DNA from: Candidatus Saccharimonadota bacterium | Lineage (GTDB): Bacteria > Patescibacteriota > Saccharimonadia > Saccharimonadales > JAQGHD01 | Direction of reading: 5' to 3' | DNA length: 64,000 nt | NCBI GenBank assembly: GCA_028288965.1 | Contig: JAQGHD010000008.1 | Location: 22,390-86,389 of the forward strand | Part shown: positions 9,625-19,855 of the stretch, piece by piece | Layout: every line of letters begins with the position of its first letter | How positions within the stretch are numbered: position 1 is the stretch's first letter | Notes under the pieces: generated by a model | What the model was told of the DNA's origin: nothing | Database searches by the model: none | What the model saw: only the letters and a program-made list of their open reading frames with translations | Position numbers and translations under genes: made by a program

Positions 9625-10482
9625 TTACAGATCTAGACTATGACTGGAGAGCTTGGCCTCAATTTTGTGGGTGGCTAAAGATTTGTTAAGTAATCTATAA
9701 AACTCGCTGCGCACTTTATATTGGTTGCTTGGCGAAGTTTGACCAATAATTTTGACCGTAATGCCATCATTGCTATACCCTTTGATACTGACTAGTTTAG
9801 GTGCCTGCTTAATTTTATGGGCCAGCTCTGGTTTGGCGGCTAACTCTTGGCCCACGTGATTAATAATGTGCTCTAGCTGCACAAGGTCGGTCTCGACCGG
9901 CACGGTCAGGTCTTCGTTTAGACTTGTGTAGCCGGAAGTTTTGTTGGTGGTGAGTTGGATAGTGCCATTCGGCACATGATGCACATACCCGTCCAGATCT
10001 CGGAGCACTGTGGTACGAATTGTAATAGACTCCACCACGCCACTGACGTTCCCAAGCTGGACAATGTCACCCACGCGGTATTGGTTCTCGGTAATTATAA
10101 AAATGCCGCTGACAAAATCTTTTATAAGACTCTGCGCGCCAAAACCTAGCGCCACTCCTAGAACGCCGGCACTGGCCAGCAGCGGGGCGGTGTTAATACC
10201 AAGTTCACCCACGATCATAATAGTAGCCACCAACCACACCACCACGCGTACCGTAGCGTTCACCAGACTACTCAGTGTCTTGATGCGTTTTTTGCGGTCC
10301 AGTTCGGTGGGGAACATGTCGCCCCGAATGGTTTGCCTGATAAGGCCATTAATAACCGTTGAGCCAAAGGTTCGCAGTACGTAGGCGCCCAGTACAATAA
10401 CGATCACATTAAATAAATGTTTATCGGCCCAATCGCTTAGTAAATGGCCTACATGTGTCAAGTTAGCGTCAAGCCCACCCAT
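9625..10482 (-). CDS. mscS: small-conductance mechanosensitive channel (MscS family)
   Basis: TM3/beta-domain block GALGFGAQSLIKDFVSGIFIITENQYRVGDIVQLGNVSGVVESITIRTTVLRDLDG..HHVPNG. Confidence 0.8.
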   Translation of the reverse strand: MGGLDANLTHVGHLLSDWADKHLFNVIVIVLGAYVLRTFGSTVINGLIRQTIRGDMFPTELDRKKRIKTLSSLVNATVRVVVWLVATIMIVGELGINTAPLLASAGVLGVALGFGAQSLIKDFVSGIFIITENQYRVGDIVQLGNVSGVVESITIRTTVLRDLDGYVHHVPNGTIQLTTNKTSGYTSLNEDLTVPVETDLVQLEHIINHVGQELAAKPELAHKIKQAPKLVSIKGYSNDGITVKIIGQTSPSNQYKVRSEFYRLLNKSLATHKIEAKLSSHSLDL

Positions 10483-10510
10483 AATTATTTTAAGTATACA
10501 GTACTGTGGC

Positions 10511-10975
10511 TTATTCGAACGGACGTGGTTTCACGATGGTTTCCAGAGGCCCCAGCGGTCGGTATTTCTGAGCAGACTTTTTGCCGTTTACGAAACTCCA
10601 TGGATGCGAATGGTAATTGGCTCTTTGCCGATCGTTGTAGTTTGCCGGGTCGCTGTAATCAATACCATATTTCTCGTCTGTCTTATGGCCAAAAGGGTAA
10701 AATTGCCTGGCTTGAGCTACGGCTTTATCAACTTCTGATTCCACTTCTTCTAGACGTTGTTTTTGTTCAGGTGTTAGCTCGCTGCCTAGGCCATGAAGCA
10801 GGTCGTCGTGCTGGCGCAAATACCGAATGACGCCATACACCCCTAAGCCACGTAGGTCACATACCTCATAGAGCGGATCTCCACCAAAGATATATTCATG
10901 AGTCGCGCCTTGGAGCTCCTCAATTTCAGCGTCGGTTTCAGTGTAAGTGTCGGCCATATAATCAGTATAAATCAA
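10511..10975 (-). CDS. hypothetical protein (154 aa)
   Basis: 4-nt overlap with the upstream phosphatase gene. No motif recognised. Confidence 0.45.
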   Translation of the reverse strand: MIYTDYMADTYTETDAEIEELQGATHEYIFGGDPLYEVCDLRGLGVYGVIRYLRQHDDLLHGLGSELTPEQKQRLEEVESEVDKAVAQARQFYPFGHKTDEKYGIDYSDPANYNDRQRANYHSHPWSFVNGKKSAQKYRPLGPLETIVKPRPFE

Positions 10976-11757
10976 TACAGCTTCTCGTTGTAGAGATCTA
11001 GAAGCAACTTACCTTCATTGTCACGACCGAGTTCTGGGTGACCACGGTAGATAGTCACACCACCGTTGATGGGTTTTTCTTCTTGGTCTAGTCTTTGGAA
11101 TTCGTCGGCACCCAATCGTTCAAGATTGGCACGGAGCGAGAGTTTGAGTAAGTGATGTGTCACCGCCAAAACATTTTGCTCGTGATAGTCGCGTGTGGTT
11201 GTTACTAGCCATGAACGATTTCGCTCACGCACATCAGGCACACTTTCTCCCTGTGGGTATCGGTACCAGTATGGTCCATTCTTGTCGTAGAGTTTTTCTT
11301 GTTCGGGATGTAGCACATGAAAAATGCGCCAGTCGTTGTAAAGGAGGGCCAGGCCGTGCTCTTGTTCGCGCAAGCGTTCTTCTTCCACGGTTTTAACAGC
11401 CCGCAACTCTGGCCATCCAATGGCCATGGCATCCAGTGTTTGGTTTGTTCTGTCATATGGTGAAACAAAAATCACATCTGGCAGCTTAATAAGCTTAGAC
11501 AAATTTTTGCCGGTCTTCCGTGATTGTTCTAGGCCACGCTCGGTTAAAGGCGTGTCATGGTCGCCACAGTTAAGTACCATGGTTTCATCATCTAAAAGGG
11601 CATGGGCTAAAGCTCTGGCTCGATCGGGATCTTGACGCCTATCTTCATAGGCTTCCAAGAACTCTTGATAGGTGGGGTTGGCTTGTTTGGCGGCTTTGAG
11701 TGCGTTATAGGCAGACTCGCCGTGTCTGACTACCGTGAGTGATTCCGGCCATTTCAT
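10972..11757 (-). CDS. histidine phosphatase superfamily protein (PGM-like)
   Basis: N-terminal catalytic motif LTVVRHGESAYN, later HG and VTHH. Confidence 0.7.
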   Translation of the reverse strand: MKWPESLTVVRHGESAYNALKAAKQANPTYQEFLEAYEDRRQDPDRARALAHALLDDETMVLNCGDHDTPLTERGLEQSRKTGKNLSKLIKLPDVIFVSPYDRTNQTLDAMAIGWPELRAVKTVEEERLREQEHGLALLYNDWRIFHVLHPEQEKLYDKNGPYWYRYPQGESVPDVRERNRSWLVTTTRDYHEQNVLAVTHHLLKLSLRANLERLGADEFQRLDQEEKPINGGVTIYRGHPELGRDNEGKLLLDLYNEKLY

Positions 11758-11841
11758 TGCAGCCTCCGCAATTAACTGTCCTTACTGTACAATAAGTGTA
11801 ATAAAAACACAAACATAAAATCTGCTACTATAGCAGAGTAT

Positions 11842-12432
11842 ATGAAGATGTATAAAAAACTAAGCGACCAAGCGCTTATAGCTCAAATAACAGATGGGGC
11901 AGTGGGCATCCTGCCAACCGATACGCTGTATGGTTTGGTGTGCCGTGCCCAAGTTCAAACGGCCGTCCAGCGTTTATACAGTATTAAAAAGCTCACTAAA
12001 CCTGGAACAATCATTGCCGCAAGCGTGGAGCAGCTAGTTGAGCTGGGCTTAAAAGCACGCTATGTAAAAGCCGTAGAGAATTTTTGGCCAAGTGCCTTAA
12101 GCGTGGTGCTGCCGTGTGGCCCGGAACTGGCGTATTTACATCTTGGCAGCTACTCTCTGGCGGTTCGTATTCCTAAACATGCTGAGCTGCAAAACTTATT
12201 ACAAGCCACCGGACCATTACTCACCACTAGTGCCAACCCCACGGGTCAGCGGCCGGCCAACACCGTGACCGAAGCCCAAAAATATTTTGGCCAGGCCGTT
12301 GATTTTTACGTGGATGGCGGCAACTTAAGTGGCCAAAAACCCTCAACTATTATTAGAATAGTAGACGACGCGATTGAGGTTCTACGCGAGGGAGCTGTTA
12401 CTATAAATGAAAACGGGAGGATTACATCATGA
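11842..12432 (+). CDS. tsaC: L-threonylcarbamoyladenylate synthase (TsaC/YrdC)
   Basis: GILPTDTLYGL, LTTSANPTG, STIIRI blocks typical of the YrdC/Sua5 domain. Confidence 0.8.
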   Translation: MKMYKKLSDQALIAQITDGAVGILPTDTLYGLVCRAQVQTAVQRLYSIKKLTKPGTIIAASVEQLVELGLKARYVKAVENFWPSALSVVLPCGPELAYLHLGSYSLAVRIPKHAELQNLLQATGPLLTTSANPTGQRPANTVTEAQKYFGQAVDFYVDGGNLSGQKPSTIIRIVDDAIEVLREGAVTINENGRITS

Positions 12433-12773
12433 CATTTCATGAATATCAGCAGCAGGCCATAACTACTGATGCTTACGGTGGTGTCCCCCAGCCAATTGAT
12501 TCTTTGGCCTTCATGAATAAACTACTGGGCCTGTGCGGCGAATCGGGCGAGGTGGCCGACAAATTTAAGAAGATCTATCGCAATAACGACGGCAAAATGA
12601 CAGAAACTGACAAGCAAGAAATCACCAAAGAATTAGGCGATGTGTTGTGGTATCTAAGCGCCATTGCCCACTACCTAGACATTCCCTTGAACCAGGTAGC
12701 CGAAGCCAATCTATTTAAATTATTCGACCGCAAAAAACGCGGTGTCATAAAAAGCACCGGCGACAACCGCTAA
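12429..12773 (+). CDS. MazG-like nucleotide pyrophosphohydrolase
   Basis: ATGA overlap with tsaC. All-alpha NTP-PPase motifs GESGEVADKFKK and ELGDVLWYL. Confidence 0.7.
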   Translation: MTFHEYQQQAITTDAYGGVPQPIDSLAFMNKLLGLCGESGEVADKFKKIYRNNDGKMTETDKQEITKELGDVLWYLSAIAHYLDIPLNQVAEANLFKLFDRKKRGVIKSTGDNR

Positions 12774-12774
12774 C

Positions 12775-14085
12775 CTAGTGATTGTCTTTTTTACTGCTAA
12801 AGTGATTGCGTATCCACTCGTCTAAACTGTCGCCACCACCACCGGCTATGGCCACCACCATATCGCCCTTGTCTAAATGCTGGTGAATGAGCTGGAGCAG
12901 GGCTTCATTGCGCTCACGGGGCTCGGCAATAGTTGGATCACTGAGGTGACTAATTAATTCCTCTGGTGGGATGATGCGGTCAGCCGGATCTTCGCGCGCC
13001 AGATAACTGGGGAGCCAGTAAACTTTGGCGGCACCAGCCAAGCAGTCTTGGTAGTCGTTCATCATGTGGTGTTGGCGACGGTTGGTCAATGGCTCGTACA
13101 CCACCACCACGTTTTTTTGTTGGCGAGCGGCCATTTCTAGCGCCACACTCATCGCCCCGCGAATTTTCTCAGGCGTGTGGGCATAATCGGTGTACAGGCC
13201 GGGCACAATTTCTTCCATTCTACGTTGCAAACCAGGAAATAGGTTCATATGCGCGGCCAGATCGTCAACTGGCTCACCAGTCAGCTTGTGAACCCCCTGG
13301 ATGGCTAGCCAGGCATCCAAACGGTTATACAGCCCAAACAGTGCTAATTTTTCTATCTCGTGCTCACTGGGGTCCAGCGTAGTTACACGGCTATCTTCTG
13401 GCAGGTGTAGGTAATCAAGATCATCTTGCCACAAAATGGCCGAAGAACTTTGCTTAATGAATTCCTTAAAAGCTTCTTGATAATCCTCTCTAGTGGGAAA
13501 AATCTCGTGATGATCCCAGCTTACCCCGCTAATCAGGCTCAGGTGTGGAGTAAACGCCAGAAAATTACGGTCAAATTCATCGCACTCGTACACAAAATAC
13601 TCAGAATCCTCTTGGTACTGGCCCATCTCGCCGTAAGAGATCTTGGCTCCCACCGAGTAGCTGATTGGCTGGCCAAGCTGCTTAAACAGCCAAACTACCA
13701 TGGCGGTGGTAGTAGTTTTTCCGTGTGTCCCGGCAATAGCCAACAATTTGAGTTTTTTATCACTCAAAATTTGATTCAATAATTCATCACGCTTGCTGGT
13801 TTTTATATCTTGATCATGGGCAAACACCAACTCTTCGTGATTGGGGTTCTCTAGGGGCAGAGCCGAGGAGTAGACCAGCCAATCAATTGGACGAATGTCG
13901 TGTAAGGCAGCGATTTGCTCCCTGGTCTGGCCAATATGAATATTGTTAATGCTGTGCTGACGAAGATATTGCACGTACTGCGAATCTTGCTTATCGGACC
14001 CGCTCACTTCATAGCCAGCTTGTTTGGCAATCAGCGCCAGCGGCCCAATAGCCGTTCCCCCAATGCCACTAAAGTAAATATGCAT
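12775..14085 (-). CDS. Mur ligase family protein (MurC/Mpl-like)
   Basis: N-terminal Rossmann IYFSGIGGTAIGPLALIAKQAGYEVSGSD, P-loop AGTHGKTTTTAM. Confidence 0.75.
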   Translation of the reverse strand: MHIYFSGIGGTAIGPLALIAKQAGYEVSGSDKQDSQYVQYLRQHSINNIHIGQTREQIAALHDIRPIDWLVYSSALPLENPNHEELVFAHDQDIKTSKRDELLNQILSDKKLKLLAIAGTHGKTTTTAMVVWLFKQLGQPISYSVGAKISYGEMGQYQEDSEYFVYECDEFDRNFLAFTPHLSLISGVSWDHHEIFPTREDYQEAFKEFIKQSSSAILWQDDLDYLHLPEDSRVTTLDPSEHEIEKLALFGLYNRLDAWLAIQGVHKLTGEPVDDLAAHMNLFPGLQRRMEEIVPGLYTDYAHTPEKIRGAMSVALEMAARQQKNVVVVYEPLTNRRQHHMMNDYQDCLAGAAKVYWLPSYLAREDPADRIIPPEELISHLSDPTIAEPRERNEALLQLIHQHLDKGDMVVAIAGGGGDSLDEWIRNHFSSKKDNH

Positions 14086-14227
14086 AACACCAGTATAAGG
14101 TGTAATCCATTCAGACTAAAGCATGAGCTGACCTTGGGTATTTTCACTCGAAAAATCTCAGGCGTGTAACGCACTTGAGAGGGAAAGTACCCAAGGTCTA
14201 CTGGCCTGCCGTATAATCAAAAGCAAG

Positions 14228-14845
14228 ATGAATAAAAAGTTGCATAATCTTTGGGCCGGGTTAAGGCATGTCAGCTATTGGTACTTCTTTGCCATTGCAG
14301 CGGTGAGTTTAATTGTAGCTATTGGGGCGCTGCGGCAAAACAACCTCACCGCGCTGCACTTGCGGGATCAAGTCAATAAAGTTGATCAGGCCAACGGCAA
14401 TGTAGAGGGCGCCCTAAGGACACTCCGAGGATACATTTATTCACACATGAACACCAATCTAGCCAGTGGCCCCAACGCCATCAAGCCGCCAGTCCAGTTA
14501 AAGTACACCTACGAACGCTTGGTAGAGGCTCAAAAACAAAGCGGCGACGCGGCCACGGCTAAGATTTACACCGAGGCCCAAAACTACTGCGAACAACAGT
14601 TCCCGCATGGCTTAAGCGGCAGTGGCCGGATTCCTTGTATTACTCAGTACATTACTTCTCACGGCGGCACTGCCCAGCAAACTATCCCAGAAGACCTCTA
14701 CAAATTTGACTTTGTGTCACCCAGTTGGTCACCAGATTTGGCTGGCTGGAGCTTGGTGATGTTTACGTTGTCGCTGCTCAGTGGCTTAGCACTTCTTGGA
14801 CTAGAGCTATGGGTTAAGGCTGATGTCAGAAAAGATTTAGCCTGA
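14228..14845 (+). CDS. membrane protein (N- and C-terminal TM)
   Basis: ORF with two hydrophobic helices. No motif recognised. Confidence 0.45.
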   Translation: MNKKLHNLWAGLRHVSYWYFFAIAAVSLIVAIGALRQNNLTALHLRDQVNKVDQANGNVEGALRTLRGYIYSHMNTNLASGPNAIKPPVQLKYTYERLVEAQKQSGDAATAKIYTEAQNYCEQQFPHGLSGSGRIPCITQYITSHGGTAQQTIPEDLYKFDFVSPSWSPDLAGWSLVMFTLSLLSGLALLGLELWVKADVRKDLA

Positions 14846-15454
14846 TTATTTCTTAGGTGTGGTGGTCGGAGTGGTTGTGGCACCACTGCTTGGAGCAGCC
14901 GCCGGGGTAGTACACAGCTGACCGTTTGGATTCTGTTGCTTGTAGGTGCTAATGGCTTTGGCAACTTGCCCATCATCTTTAAGGTTTTCCCAGTAAACAA
15001 CATCGTCACGACGGATAACCATTTGATCTTGTGGGCCGTGAATTTCACACCCAAGCTTTACTAGTGAAATATTTTGCTGCTGATTCGTATTGGAATCTGG
15101 CTGGACAGTTTGGTTGGCCTTGAAGTAATAGATGTCAACTAAGCGGACATACTTATCGTTGACTTCTTTAATTCGTCCAAAATAAGGTGCCTGTGATTGA
15201 CCAATAACTACCACCTGCCATTTTTTTCCATCTACCAAGCGGCTTTCGGGCTTACCTTTAGCTAGTGCCAAAGATAGCACCAAAGCGACTAATAATATGG
15301 TTCCTGAAAACAATAAAGTAATTGTGGCGATCTTAAAAAATAAAAACGTTTTTTGGCGCCGCGACGTAGGGTGATGGCCAGCTACAGCTGCCGAGCCATT
15401 TACTGCAGGACGAGGCTCCGCGTTTTGACGATGAGTGCGATCTGAAAAATCCAT
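14846..15454 (-). CDS. TM-anchored extracytoplasmic protein
   Basis: TM FFKIATITLLFSGTILLVALVLSLALA. Converges on the previous gene with no gap. Confidence 0.45.
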   Translation of the reverse strand: MDFSDRTHRQNAEPRPAVNGSAAVAGHHPTSRRQKTFLFFKIATITLLFSGTILLVALVLSLALAKGKPESRLVDGKKWQVVVIGQSQAPYFGRIKEVNDKYVRLVDIYYFKANQTVQPDSNTNQQQNISLVKLGCEIHGPQDQMVIRRDDVVYWENLKDDGQVAKAISTYKQQNPNGQLCTTPAAAPSSGATTTPTTTPKK

Positions 15455-15691
15455 TTATTTTCCACCTTTTGGTAATTAGCTTAACTGGTAACTAGTGTAA
15501 GGCATAAGCAGCATCAGATCAACTACTACCTTGACGATTGAGTAACAGAGGCGGCTAAAGTAACCATATAAAGGCTGTTGGTAGCAGCATTAACATAGCT
15601 AATTTTGGATAACAAGGGTTGACAAAAGAAAACAGTCCAGAGTATGTTAGGGGTACCATATAAGTCTTAAAGAGGGGAGAACTGTAGCACT

Positions 15692-15886
15692 ATGGCTTAC
15701 AAGCACACTAACTCTAAGGGTGTAACATATTACTTAAACTCAAAGGCAGTTACACTGCGGGGTGGTAAGGTTCAAACAATTTACTACTTCAGTAAAGACC
15801 AACGACCAGAAGCATCTGATTTGCCAGCAGATATGATGGTGAACGAAAACCCACGCAACGGGTTCCTGACCGTCAAGCGCAAGTAA
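15692..15886 (+). CDS. small conserved-looking basic protein (64 aa)
   Basis: RBS GAGGGGAG. Upstream TTGACA ... TATGTT promoter-like pair (~15621-15650). Followed by a terminator. Confidence 0.5.
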   Translation: MAYKHTNSKGVTYYLNSKAVTLRGGKVQTIYYFSKDQRPEASDLPADMMVNENPRNGFLTVKRK

Positions 15887-15907
15887 CGTATACGTTTAGA
15901 AGAATGA

Positions 15908-15938
15908 CCGCTCAGGCATCGCGCCTGGGCGGTTTTTT
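15908..15938 (+). terminator. rho-independent terminator
   Basis: CCGCTCAGGC-atcgcg-GCCTGGGCGG followed by TTTTTT. Confidence 0.65.
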
Positions 15939-16024
15939 AATACTCCATAATATATTTCAACACATTAGTTTTATTATAGCCGCAAGGGTTGCTCGTGATC
16001 AGATATCTGGGGTATATTGGATTG

Positions 16025-16780
16025 ATGACAAAAATAGTTGAGGTAAAAGATTTACGCAAAACTTATGGTGAAATGACGGCTGTAGATGGCATTAGCTTTG
16101 AGGTTCAGAAGGGCGAAGTCTTTGGCATTTTGGGGCCGAATGGCGCCGGCAAGACCACTACGCTGGAGATGATAGAGGCTATGCGGCCGATCGACGGCGG
16201 AGAAGTGACCCTCAGCGGCCTAAACGTGGCCCAAAACCCCTCGGCCATTAAGCGGATCATTGGTATTCAGCCCCAGTCTGTCTCTTTTCAGGACAAAACC
16301 CGGCTAACCGAGATCTTGGAACTGTTTGCAGCCGCCTACGGGGAAAAAGTTGATCCCATGAAACTGTTAGAAGAAGTGCAGCTATCTGAAAAAGCCAACA
16401 GTTATGTAGAAAATTTGTCCGGGGGTCAAAAACAACGCCTTAGCATTGCCGCTGCCCTGGTACATAATCCTAAGGTGTTCTTTTTGGACGAACCAACCAC
16501 CGGCCTGGACCCCCAAGCTCGGCGCAACCTGTGGGAGTTAGTTCAGCAAATCCAGAAAAAGGGCGTGACGGTGCTGATCACCACGCACTATATGGACGAG
16601 GCCGAGGTGCTGTGTGACCGCGTGGCCATTATGGACCAGGGCAAGATCATTGCGCTGGATAAGCCCAAGAATCTCATCAAGCAACTGCTGGGCCGGGGCT
16701 TTACCAAGCATCAAGAGGTAGAACAAGCCAACCTAGAAGATGTCTTTATTGATTTAACCGGCCGGGGGCTGCGCGACTAA
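16025..16780 (+). CDS. ABC transporter ATP-binding protein (ABC-2 type)
   Basis: Walker A GPNGAGKTT, signature LSGGQKQRL, Walker B VFFLDEPTTGLD. Confidence 0.85.
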   Translation: MTKIVEVKDLRKTYGEMTAVDGISFEVQKGEVFGILGPNGAGKTTTLEMIEAMRPIDGGEVTLSGLNVAQNPSAIKRIIGIQPQSVSFQDKTRLTEILELFAAAYGEKVDPMKLLEEVQLSEKANSYVENLSGGQKQRLSIAAALVHNPKVFFLDEPTTGLDPQARRNLWELVQQIQKKGVTVLITTHYMDEAEVLCDRVAIMDQGKIIALDKPKNLIKQLLGRGFTKHQEVEQANLEDVFIDLTGRGLRD

Positions 16781-17892
16781 TGAAACGAAAACTATTTACT
16801 GTTTGGGTGTTTGCCAAGCTCAACACCCGGCGCTTTTTCCGGGACCGTTTGGCGCTGTTTTTTGGCATTGCCTTTCCGGTGATCTTTTTATTCGTATTCG
16901 GCGGTATCTTTGGCAAAACCGGCAACACTGTCACCTTTCACGTTGCCCTTATTAACCAGTCCGACAGCCAGTTTGCCAAGCAGTTTACCCAGCGGCTTAC
17001 CGATAGCAAGACATTCAAAGTTGATAAAAATGTTCATAGCCTGGCTGAAGCTAACGACAAAATGAGCAAAAGCCAGGTAGACGCTACCATTGTGCTGCCC
17101 CAAGACTTTGGAACCATTAAGCAAGGTCAACCATACCCCTCCGGCCAGGCTCAAGTGCTCTATACCCAAAACAGCGAGCAAGGTGGCCAAACGCTGACCA
17201 CTGTTCTGCAATCCGAATTTAAGGATATAAATGCTCAGTTTGTGAAGAACCAAGAGCCGTTTACCGCTGTTGGTAAGCAGCTCAACCGTAAGAGTCTGAC
17301 CCAGTTTGATTATGTTTTTTCGGGCCTGCTCGGCTTTTCTATTATTGGTCTGGGCATTTTTGGGCCCATCAACGTCTTTCCGGAACTAAAAAAGCAAGGC
17401 ATTTTACGCCGGTTGCACACTACGCCCATCACCGTGTGGCAGTATTTTTTGTCGACCATGATTTCTCAAGCCGCCGTGGGGTTGGTATCACTAGCTGTCC
17501 TGTTTGCGGTAGCCATAGTGGTGTTTCACCTCAAGGTGGTCGGCAACTACCTAGAAATTATTCCGTTTTTGGTGCTGTCTATTGTTGCCATACTGGGTAT
17601 TGGCTTAGCCATTGGCGGCTGGGCCAAGAACGAACGGCAGGCCGCCCCCTTGGGCAACATGGTGGTTTTCCCGCTAATGTTTTTGAGCGGCACGTTCTTT
17701 CCACGCTTTTTAATGCCACAGTGGCTACAGACCGTCAGTGGCTACTTACCGCTGACTCCTGTTATTGACGGTGTTCGTCTGATAGCTACCGAGGGAAAGC
17801 ACCTCACTCAAATAGGTCCGCAGTTGGGGCTGATCGGCATTTGGATTATTATCATCTACATCATTGCTTTCCGCGTCTTCCGCTGGGAGTAG
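16780..17892 (+). CDS. ABC-2 type transporter permease
   Basis: Start overlaps the ATPase stop (TAATG). Large extracytoplasmic loop followed by 5 C-terminal TMs. Confidence 0.75.
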   Translation: MKRKLFTVWVFAKLNTRRFFRDRLALFFGIAFPVIFLFVFGGIFGKTGNTVTFHVALINQSDSQFAKQFTQRLTDSKTFKVDKNVHSLAEANDKMSKSQVDATIVLPQDFGTIKQGQPYPSGQAQVLYTQNSEQGGQTLTTVLQSEFKDINAQFVKNQEPFTAVGKQLNRKSLTQFDYVFSGLLGFSIIGLGIFGPINVFPELKKQGILRRLHTTPITVWQYFLSTMISQAAVGLVSLAVLFAVAIVVFHLKVVGNYLEIIPFLVLSIVAILGIGLAIGGWAKNERQAAPLGNMVVFPLMFLSGTFFPRFLMPQWLQTVSGYLPLTPVIDGVRLIATEGKHLTQIGPQLGLIGIWIIIIYIIAFRVFRWE

Positions 17893-17901
17893 AATAAAAG
17901 G

Positions 17902-18543
17902 GTGAAACTATCACCACGACAATTGCAAACATTTGCTTGGGCCCTGAGCGGTTTGGTAGCGTTACTGGCGGTTTTGGCCTGGGGGCAGGGCTACAGTTGG
18001 CAGGTCTCTAACAGCTACCAATTGTTTCCGCTGCTTGGTCTGCTGGCCTTTAGCCTGATGTGGTCACATTACATGGCCGCGGCTCTGCGCACCAGATTTA
18101 AATTAGACAAAGCGGTGCTGCACAGCTACTTTGAGGTCACCAGCTACGTGGTGTTGGTGGCTATATTACTGCACCCAGGACTACTGGCCTATCAGCTGTG
18201 GCGCGATGGCCTCGGCTTGCCGCCGGCCAGCGAACTGCATTATGTGCGGCAGTCGTGGCAGTGGGGTGTATTGCTGGGCATGACAGCGCTGGTGGTCTTT
18301 TTGGCCTACGAACTGCACCGTTGGTTCGATAACCGCGGCTGGTGGCGCTACGTCCAGTACGCCAGTGACGCCGCCATGGTGGCCATATTCATCCATGCGC
18401 TGCGTCTGGGCACACAGCTGCGCATGGGCTGGTTCAAATGGATCTGGTGGTTTTACGGCGTTAGCCTGTTGGCTACGCTGATTTACACCTATGCTCAAAA
18501 GCTCCAAGCCAATCGTCTCAAACAGGTTGCAAAACAGCCATAA
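17902..18543 (+). CDS. polytopic membrane protein with conserved-looking intramembrane His
   Basis: About 6 TM. His within helices (WSHYMAA, LLHPG, FIHALR) hints at heme or ferric-reductase-like binding. Speculative. Confidence 0.45.
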   Translation: MKLSPRQLQTFAWALSGLVALLAVLAWGQGYSWQVSNSYQLFPLLGLLAFSLMWSHYMAAALRTRFKLDKAVLHSYFEVTSYVVLVAILLHPGLLAYQLWRDGLGLPPASELHYVRQSWQWGVLLGMTALVVFLAYELHRWFDNRGWWRYVQYASDAAMVAIFIHALRLGTQLRMGWFKWIWWFYGVSLLATLIYTYAQKLQANRLKQVAKQP

Positions 18544-18561
18544 GCGTGATATAATAGCAAT

Positions 18562-18903
18562 ATGTCCAATGAACAATTACCTCTTTTTGGTACGCCAGAC
18601 CAACTCCAATCAACTCCGGTAGCAGACGAGCAAACTGATAGTATTCGAAATAGCGCACCAGTTGATCCGTACGCAGAGCAGCAACTAGAGGCTCCGGAGG
18701 CCGTACCACGGCCAGCCGCTAGACCACGCCAGCGACGACCAGTCTATGAATTGCCGCGGCCAGGAATGAGTAATAGCCCTAGGAGCTTGTCGCCATTAGA
18801 GGCTCAAGCAGGCCTAACTGACGCTGAAATCGATAGGCGGCATAAGACCATTCTAGCTGGTATAGCTGCTATGAGAGCGGCCAAAAAAGACCAAGACAAT
18901 TAA
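18562..18903 (+). CDS. hypothetical protein (113 aa)
   Basis: ORF only; Pro/Arg-rich. Confidence 0.4.
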   Translation: MSNEQLPLFGTPDQLQSTPVADEQTDSIRNSAPVDPYAEQQLEAPEAVPRPAARPRQRRPVYELPRPGMSNSPRSLSPLEAQAGLTDAEIDRRHKTILAGIAAMRAAKKDQDN

Positions 18904-18983
18904 ATACTCCAGTAAATTCTTACTCGACCAAAACTCCCAGAAGTTGTAAACTGTTATATCTCTAAACGAGTAGGAGTTTTTAT

Positions 18984-19853
18984 ATGGCAAAATCGTCTAC
19001 TAGACAGTCCCCACAACCTGAACACCTTCATTGGGAAGAACAGGCGTTATTAGAAGTATCTCCTGAGGCCAGAGCTGCCCGCCGAACTAAAAAGCTGGCT
19101 GAGCGTGTCTTAGCTACCGATCAGCGACTGCGCGGCCGCCGTCGACCTGAGTATGACAACTCCAATCAGCTGCCATTTCCAGCCCCAGAAGCCATAAGCA
19201 ATGTAACCGTCTATAAATTGGCCATAACCCTTAAGAACAAACAACCGATTTTTGATGACTTCAATGATCATCATCGAGTTGATCCAAACCCGGTCAGTGT
19301 GGAACTTTATTGTTCCGCAACTGCCAAAAAGCGAATAGTTCGTCGGTCTGATGACGTTGCGCTGAATGCTGTCATCAAGCAAGCCTCTATTCGCCAGCAG
19401 CACCACATTGCTGACGGGCTGGAGCAAGGGGTACACGATGACTTATATATTGCGCGCCTGCGACACGAGTCATTAAAAACCACGCAATATCTTTTGAGAA
19501 ATGATAAGCCACTAGACCCCCAAGCGGCTGTGGGCGCCACCGATGCTATTGAAGATTTTGGTTATGGCTTATCCGCCCAACGAGATATCCTTAAAGCAAT
19601 GAAAGATGAAGACCTGGGATTTAGGATTGCCACCATCGGTCGTCAAGCGGCCAAAGATCCCCAAGTGCTTGGCCAAAATCAAGATTTACTAAGGCTCGTC
19701 CAGCAAGAGCAAACTGCCAGAATAAACTATTGGGAACTTCGTGACACATTCCTTATGGGGTTTCTTGGCGATAGACTGACAAATCAAATTCGGCTGGATG
19801 CTGCCGCTACAGAACAAGAAATTGCCCGCATGGCTGCCTTGCGTGAACAATAA
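18984..19853 (+). CDS. hypothetical protein (289 aa)
   Basis: ORF with RBS AGGAG. No motif recognised. Confidence 0.45.
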   Translation: MAKSSTRQSPQPEHLHWEEQALLEVSPEARAARRTKKLAERVLATDQRLRGRRRPEYDNSNQLPFPAPEAISNVTVYKLAITLKNKQPIFDDFNDHHRVDPNPVSVELYCSATAKKRIVRRSDDVALNAVIKQASIRQQHHIADGLEQGVHDDLYIARLRHESLKTTQYLLRNDKPLDPQAAVGATDAIEDFGYGLSAQRDILKAMKDEDLGFRIATIGRQAAKDPQVLGQNQDLLRLVQQEQTARINYWELRDTFLMGFLGDRLTNQIRLDAAATEQEIARMAALREQ

Positions 19854-19855
19854 CC